NCBI GenBank assembly: GCA_026991575.1
Contig: JALXBF010000110.1
Location: forward strand, 1-54,244
Source: Planctomycetota bacterium
Lineage (GTDB): Bacteria > Planctomycetota > Planctomycetia > JALXBF01
DNA: 54,244 nucleotides
Reading direction: 5' to 3'
The notes beneath the pieces are model-generated. The model searched no databases, was not told the origin of the DNA, and worked only from the letters and a program-made list of their open reading frames with translations. Positions 49,505-54,244 of the stretch are shown here, one piece after another. The translations under genes and the position numbers were made by a program. Numbering within the stretch: the first letter of the stretch is position 1; every line of letters starts with the position of its first letter.

Positions 49505-51481
49505 ATGGATTTAGTAGTTGCCAATCTGATCGCCATCCTCAAAGTCGTCTTCGCCTTCGGATTGGTGGTCTTCGTCCACGAGCTGGGCCACTTCCTGGCA
49601 GCGCGCTGGTGCGGCGTGAAAGTCGAGCGATTCAGCATCGGTTTCGGACCGGCGATCGTGGCATGGGTCAGCCGCAAGAGCGGCACGGAGTACCGCATCG
49701 CCTGGTTCCCCTTCGGCGGCTACGTCAAGATGCACGGCCAGGATGACGTGAAGCCCGAGGAGATGACCGAGGAAAAACTCCGCCACGATCCGACCTCCTA
49801 CCCGGGTCGTCCCGTCTGGCAGCGGATGATCATCATCTCGGCCGGCGTCGTCATGAACATCCTGCTCGGGCTTGTATGCTTCGCCATCATGTACAACATC
49901 GGCCCGGTGTACACGCCTCCGGTCGTCGGCGCCTTGAAGCCGGGCGGTCCTGCGTGGCGGGCAGGACTAAGGCCGGGCGATGAGGTTCTAGCGATCGACG
50001 GCCAACCGTTGATGAAGTTCAAGGACCTTCAAATCGCGGTGCAGCTCAGCGATCCAGACGAAGGCCCGCTGCAGGTGCGGTATCGACGTGGCAAGGAGAT
50101 CAGGACGGCATTCGTCCGCCCAGAGAAGCAGGCACTGTGGCCACAAGTCGGCGTCCTGGGCCCGACTGCTCCCGTGCTGGCCGTCCAGTGGCCGATTCCG
50201 GAAGGGACTGCGGCGGCCCGGGCGGGCTTGAAACCGGGTGATCGCATTCTGGCCGTCGACGGTGTTCCGGTCGACAGCGGCGAACAGCTCCGCTACCGGC
50301 TAGCTCTTGCAGCGGACCGCCCAGTGTCGCTCGACGTGGAACGGTCGGCAGCAGCGGCCGGCGGCGCCGGTGGCGGCAAGACGCAGGAGACCGTAGAAAG
50401 CACGGTCATCCGCACCGAATTGCCGCCCGAGCCGATGAGGGCCCTGCCGGTTCGCTTCAAGATGGGCCCGATCGTCGCCATCTCTGCCGACCGGGCCAAG
50501 GAGCTGCCGCTTCGGGAAGGCGACGTCCTGCTGCGGGTCAACGGCAAGCCGATCGACCCGTTCCGCTTTCCCGATCAGATCCGCGATCTGGCAGGCACAC
50601 AGGTACAGATCGAACTGGTAAGGAAGGGCCCAGAAGGCAAGCCGGTATCGGTGACCGTCTCGGTTGTCCCTACGGACGATCCTACCTGGTTGAACGAACC
50701 GATTCTGCCGGACAGCCCGATCGAGTGTCCGGGCCTCGGTATCGCGTACCGCGTGGATCCGGTGATCGCCGAAGTGACCGATGCACAAGACGGTGGTGCC
50801 GCTCGCCTGAGGCCCGGTGACCGGATTGTGGCCTTGCTTCCGCTCGTGCCGGAGGAAGCAGAGGTGTATGGGAAGCCGGAGTGGGTCGAGGTTTCGCCCG
50901 AGAGCCCGCAACTTGCCTGGGCTTTCTGGTTCCTTCAGCAGGTGCCGGGCAGCCAGTTGCGGCTCAGAGTCGTGCGGGACTCCGAGCAGTTCGAGGTGAC
51001 GCTGACCCCGAAGGCGGCTGTTGACTGGTTCCTGCCCGCCCGCAACCTGTTGCTGGAACCGCTTCAGAAGCGGCTGCCCCCGCTCGGTATCGTCGGCTCC
51101 GTGGCGCGGGGCTGGCGCGATACGCTGGCCATGGTGAAGGTGATCTACGTGGGACTGGAGCGCATGCTGATCCGCGGCACGATCTCGGCCAAGAGCATGA
51201 GGGGACCGATCACGATCGCACGCGTCTTCTACTACCAGGCCAAGCGGAGTTGGACCGAGTACCTGTTCACGATCGCACTGTTCAGCATCAACCTGGCCGT
51301 GCTGAACTTCCTGCCCATTCCGGTGCTGGACGGCGGGCACATGGTGTTTCTGCTCTGGGAGCTGATCTTCCGGCGGCCACCCAGCCGCCGCGTGCAGATC
51401 GGCCTCAGCTACGTGGGGCTCGCCCTGCTCCTGACGCTGATGCTATGGGTAACGTTCCAGGACATCACTGACTTGTTCTGA
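49505..51481 (+). CDS. rseP: RIP metalloprotease RseP (site-2 protease) with multiple PDZ domains
   Basis: HELGH, FSIGFG, GGYVKM, AGVVMN, repeated GL(R/K)PGD PDZ motifs, GPITI, NFLPIPVLDGG; follows dxr. Confidence 0.93.
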   Translation: MDLVVANLIAILKVVFAFGLVVFVHELGHFLAARWCGVKVERFSIGFGPAIVAWVSRKSGTEYRIAWFPFGGYVKMHGQDDVKPEEMTEEKLRHDPTSYPGRPVWQRMIIISAGVVMNILLGLVCFAIMYNIGPVYTPPVVGALKPGGPAWRAGLRPGDEVLAIDGQPLMKFKDLQIAVQLSDPDEGPLQVRYRRGKEIRTAFVRPEKQALWPQVGVLGPTAPVLAVQWPIPEGTAAARAGLKPGDRILAVDGVPVDSGEQLRYRLALAADRPVSLDVERSAAAAGGAGGGKTQETVESTVIRTELPPEPMRALPVRFKMGPIVAISADRAKELPLREGDVLLRVNGKPIDPFRFPDQIRDLAGTQVQIELVRKGPEGKPVSVTVSVVPTDDPTWLNEPILPDSPIECPGLGIAYRVDPVIAEVTDAQDGGAARLRPGDRIVALLPLVPEEAEVYGKPEWVEVSPESPQLAWAFWFLQQVPGSQLRLRVVRDSEQFEVTLTPKAAVDWFLPARNLLLEPLQKRLPPLGIVGSVARGWRDTLAMVKVIYVGLERMLIRGTISAKSMRGPITIARVFYYQAKRSWTEYLFTIALFSINLAVLNFLPIPVLDGGHMVFLLWELIFRRPPSRRVQIGLSYVGLALLLTLMLWVTFQDITDLF

Positions 51482-51614
51482 ACGAGCCTGGTAGCAGTCG
51501 TGTAGCAGCCGACAGCGGTGCCGAACCAACGCCGTGGCAATGCCGTAGCGCATTGAGCAGGGTCCTGTTCGGGTCGATTCCTGGCGGGAACGTCTTTGAC
51601 GCGAGGCATGGTTC

Positions 51615-52559
51615 ATGCCGGATGTCATCGTAGAAACGCGCAATCTGACCAAGGTCTATCGTGACTTCTGGGGCCGGGCAAAGGTCCGGGCGCTGAATGC
51701 ACTGGATCTGGAGGTCTATCGTGGCGAAATCTTCGGACTGCTCGGTCCGAACGGTTCTGGCAAGACGACAACCATCAAGCTCATCCTCGGACTGCTTTTC
51801 CCCACCGAAGGCGAGGCACTGGTGTTCGGTAAGCCGGCAACCGACGTGGAGAAGAACGCCAAGATCGGATACTTGCCGGAGGAATCGTACCTGTATCGGT
51901 TCCTGAACGCCGAAGAAACGCTCGATTTCTACGGCCGGCTGTTCGGCATGCCGCGGAGCGAGCGGCGCAAGCGGGCCGACTTCCTGATCGAACTGGTCGG
52001 GCTGAACTGGGCCAGGAAGCGCCCGCTGAAGGAGTACTCCAAGGGGATGACGCGCCGTATCGGGCTGGCCCAGGCGCTGATCAACGACCCGCAGCTGGTT
52101 GTGCTGGACGAGCCGACAACAGGTCTTGACCCGATCGGCACGGCAGAAATGAAGCAACTCATCAAGAACCTCCGCGACGAGGGGAAGACGGTCATCATGT
52201 GCAGCCACCTGCTGGCCGACGTACAAGATGTATGCGATCGGGTAGCAATCTTGCATCAGGGTGAGCTGCAGGAACTTGGCGCTGTCAATGACCTGCTACG
52301 TGTCCGCGACGAGATCCAGATCCGGGCCCGCGGACTGAACGGGGAGGCGCTCGAGGAGATCAAGCGGGTGATCGAGAAGTACGGCGGTGAGCTGATTTCG
52401 GCCGAGAACCCGACCACCACGCTGGAAGAGCTGTTCCTGCGCATTGTGCGCGAAAGCGAACGACATCCAGGGCGTCGCTATATCCCGACGCGACAGGGGC
52501 AACAGCCCCGACAGGAAGCATCGGTGGCAAGCAAGAGCGGTTCGACACCTTCCCAGTAG
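51615..52559 (+). CDS. ABC transporter ATP-binding protein
   Basis: [14 protein letters not shown] signature, [15 protein letters not shown]. Confidence 0.95.
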   Translation: MPDVIVETRNLTKVYRDFWGRAKVRALNALDLEVYRGEIFGLLGPNGSGKTTTIKLILGLLFPTEGEALVFGKPATDVEKNAKIGYLPEESYLYRFLNAEETLDFYGRLFGMPRSERRKRADFLIELVGLNWARKRPLKEYSKGMTRRIGLAQALINDPQLVVLDEPTTGLDPIGTAEMKQLIKNLRDEGKTVIMCSHLLADVQDVCDRVAILHQGELQELGAVNDLLRVRDEIQIRARGLNGEALEEIKRVIEKYGGELISAENPTTTLEELFLRIVRESERHPGRRYIPTRQGQQPRQEASVASKSGSTPSQ

Positions 52560-52633
52560 CAGCAATCCCGAATGTGACATTCCCCCTTATGCAACGGTTC
52601 CGCTGGAGTTTTCTGGGGTAGCCGACGTCAACA

Positions 52634-54244
52634 ATGAACAACGCCAACTGGTGGCAACAAGTACTCGGCGGCATCGTTCAGTGGTTTGCGATCGTCCTGC
52701 CCAGCGCCATCGCGGTCGTGATCTTGACGTTCCTGGTGGGCATGGTCCGTTTCCGCAGTGCGGTCCGCGCCCTGAACTGGACCGCCGACCTGATCGTCGG
52801 CTTTGTCACCGACGTTGCCCGCCTGTCCTGGACCCGCATCTGGGCGCTTGCCGTCCACTCGCTCAAAGAAGCCATACGCCGTCGCGTCCTGTTGGTGTTG
52901 ATCATCTTCGGGCTGGTATTCCTCTTTGCGGGCTGGTACTTCCGTGTACCACCGGCGGACCAGGTTAAGACCTATGTGAGCTTTATCTTCCGGACGATCG
53001 GCATCTTGCTGTTCCTGGTGGCATTGCTGCTGGCTTGCACCAGTCTGCCCGCCGACATCCAACGCAAGACCATTCACACTGTGGTCACCAAGCCGGTGCT
53101 CAGGCTCGAAATTGTTCTCGGCCGTTTCCTTGGCGTGGCCGTGCTCTGCACGATCATCCTCGCGCTGATGGCGTCGGTCAGTTACGTCTACCTGCTGCGG
53201 ATCACGGGACTGATCGGCAGCGCCGGCACGCTCGACGTCATGCAACGCGAGATCGAACGGTACGAGCGGGAGGGGAACACGCGCAAAGCTGAACAGCTGC
53301 GCCAGGCACTGGAGCAGATCAAAGCGGGCCTCCGCGCACGGGTGCCGCTATACGGCGAGCTGACCTTTGTGAACGAACGCGGTCAGGAGGATGAGAAAGG
53401 GGTCGATGTCGGATTCGAGGTGACACGGCGGAGCTTTATCCCCGGGGCAACCGCCGCTCACGCCCGGTGGCACTTTCGCAACATTCCGGTGGAGCTGTTC
53501 CTGCGCAAGGGCGCCATCCCGGTGGAGCTGAACTTCGAGGTGTTCCGCACGATCAAGGAAGACGTCGAGCGTGGTGTGAAGGCGGAGCTAACGTACCGCA
53601 ACCCGTACACCGGCGTCTACGTGCGCGACTACCCGTTCTACGTGCGTGAGAACTACGTCCAGCGGCAGGAACTGCGCGATCTGCCGCATACACCGGAGAA
53701 CGACGTGGAGGCCGTGTTGGAGGGCTGTCGTGGCGAGCTGATCATCGAAGCCCGCTGCTTGAGCCCGGCCCAATACATCGGCATGGCACAAGAGGACCTC
53801 TACCTGTTGATCCAGGAAAACGCCGGTCTGGGCGCGAACTTCTTCAAGGGCGTGCTCGGGGTCTGGTTCCAGGTCCTGCTGATCGCTGCGATCGCCATTG
53901 CGTTCAGCACGTTCCTGAGTACGCCGGTGGCCATCCTGGCAACGATCACGTGCTTGATCTGTGGCCAGTTCATGGACTTTGTCGCCGGTGTCGCGACGGC
54001 CAAGTTACCCGGTGGTGGCCTGCTGGAATCATTCATCCGGCTGGTCACCCACGAAAACCTGCTGCGGCCGTTGCCGGACACGCCCTGGGTCCGGGTGGCT
54101 CTCTTCCTGGACAAGTACTTCTTCAACCGAATCCTCCACGGAATGACGCTCATCCTCCCTGACCTCTCCGACTACAGCATCTGGGTCAACGTGGCTCGCG
54201 GCTTCTACATCGACCCGGGCCTGGTCCTGCTGCGCGGCCTGATC
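52634..54244 (+). CDS. ABC-2 type permease with a large extracytoplasmic domain (3' partial)
   Basis: Translated by hand from the ATG at 52634: MNNANWWQQ...RIWALAVHSLKEAIRRRVLL...SLPADIQRKTIHTVVTKPVLRLEIVLGRFLG...FSTFLSTPVA; open to the window end. Confidence 0.85.
   Translation, partial: MNNANWWQQVLGGIVQWFAIVLPSAIAVVILTFLVGMVRFRSAVRALNWTADLIVGFVTDVARLSWTRIWALAVHSLKEAIRRRVLLVLIIFGLVFLFAGWYFRVPPADQVKTYVSFIFRTIGILLFLVALLLACTSLPADIQRKTIHTVVTKPVLRLEIVLGRFLGVAVLCTIILALMASVSYVYLLRITGLIGSAGTLDVMQREIERYEREGNTRKAEQLRQALEQIKAGLRARVPLYGELTFVNERGQEDEKGVDVGFEVTRRSFIPGATAAHARWHFRNIPVELFLRKGAIPVELNFEVFRTIKEDVERGVKAELTYRNPYTGVYVRDYPFYVRENYVQRQELRDLPHTPENDVEAVLEGCRGELIIEARCLSPAQYIGMAQEDLYLLIQENAGLGANFFKGVLGVWFQVLLIAAIAIAFSTFLSTPVAILATITCLICGQFMDFVAGVATAKLPGGGLLESFIRLVTHENLLRPLPDTPWVRVALFLDKYFFNRILHGMTLILPDLSDYSIWVNVARGFYIDPGLVLLRGLI

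Overview
GC-rich chromosomal window, most likely from a member of Planctomycetota (inferred from gene content: planctomycete-style lipoprotein/DUF11 pair, long multi-PDZ RseP, sulfatase, type-2 IleRS). It holds about 42 mostly housekeeping CDSs: rpsT, pyrK, rluB, thrC, dapB, ileS, argE, lpxI/lpxD, asd, truA, leuC/leuD, ispF, cysS, ruvC/ruvA/ruvB, ftsH, dxr, rseP, plus envelope, signalling and transport genes. I found no rRNA, tRNA, CRISPR array, integrase or transposase. The best leads are: (1) a possible envelope module at 10.6-14.9 kb, made of a lipoprotein, a paralogous DUF11-fused secreted protein and a divergent LolA-like carrier, with RNA structures suggesting stoichiometric control; (2) an orphan sigma70 promoter and intrinsic terminator enclosing a roughly 64-nt ORF-free unit at 21.4-21.5 kb (sRNA candidate); (3) a hairpin-dense, ORF-poor 470-bp gap between convergent argE and lpxI; (4) an IleRS2 with the non-canonical GVHH signature; (5) an HD-GYP/HDOD fusion; (6) a ruvCA/ruvB operon split by three unrelated genes. 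All calls come from motif recognition by eye; no database searches were run.
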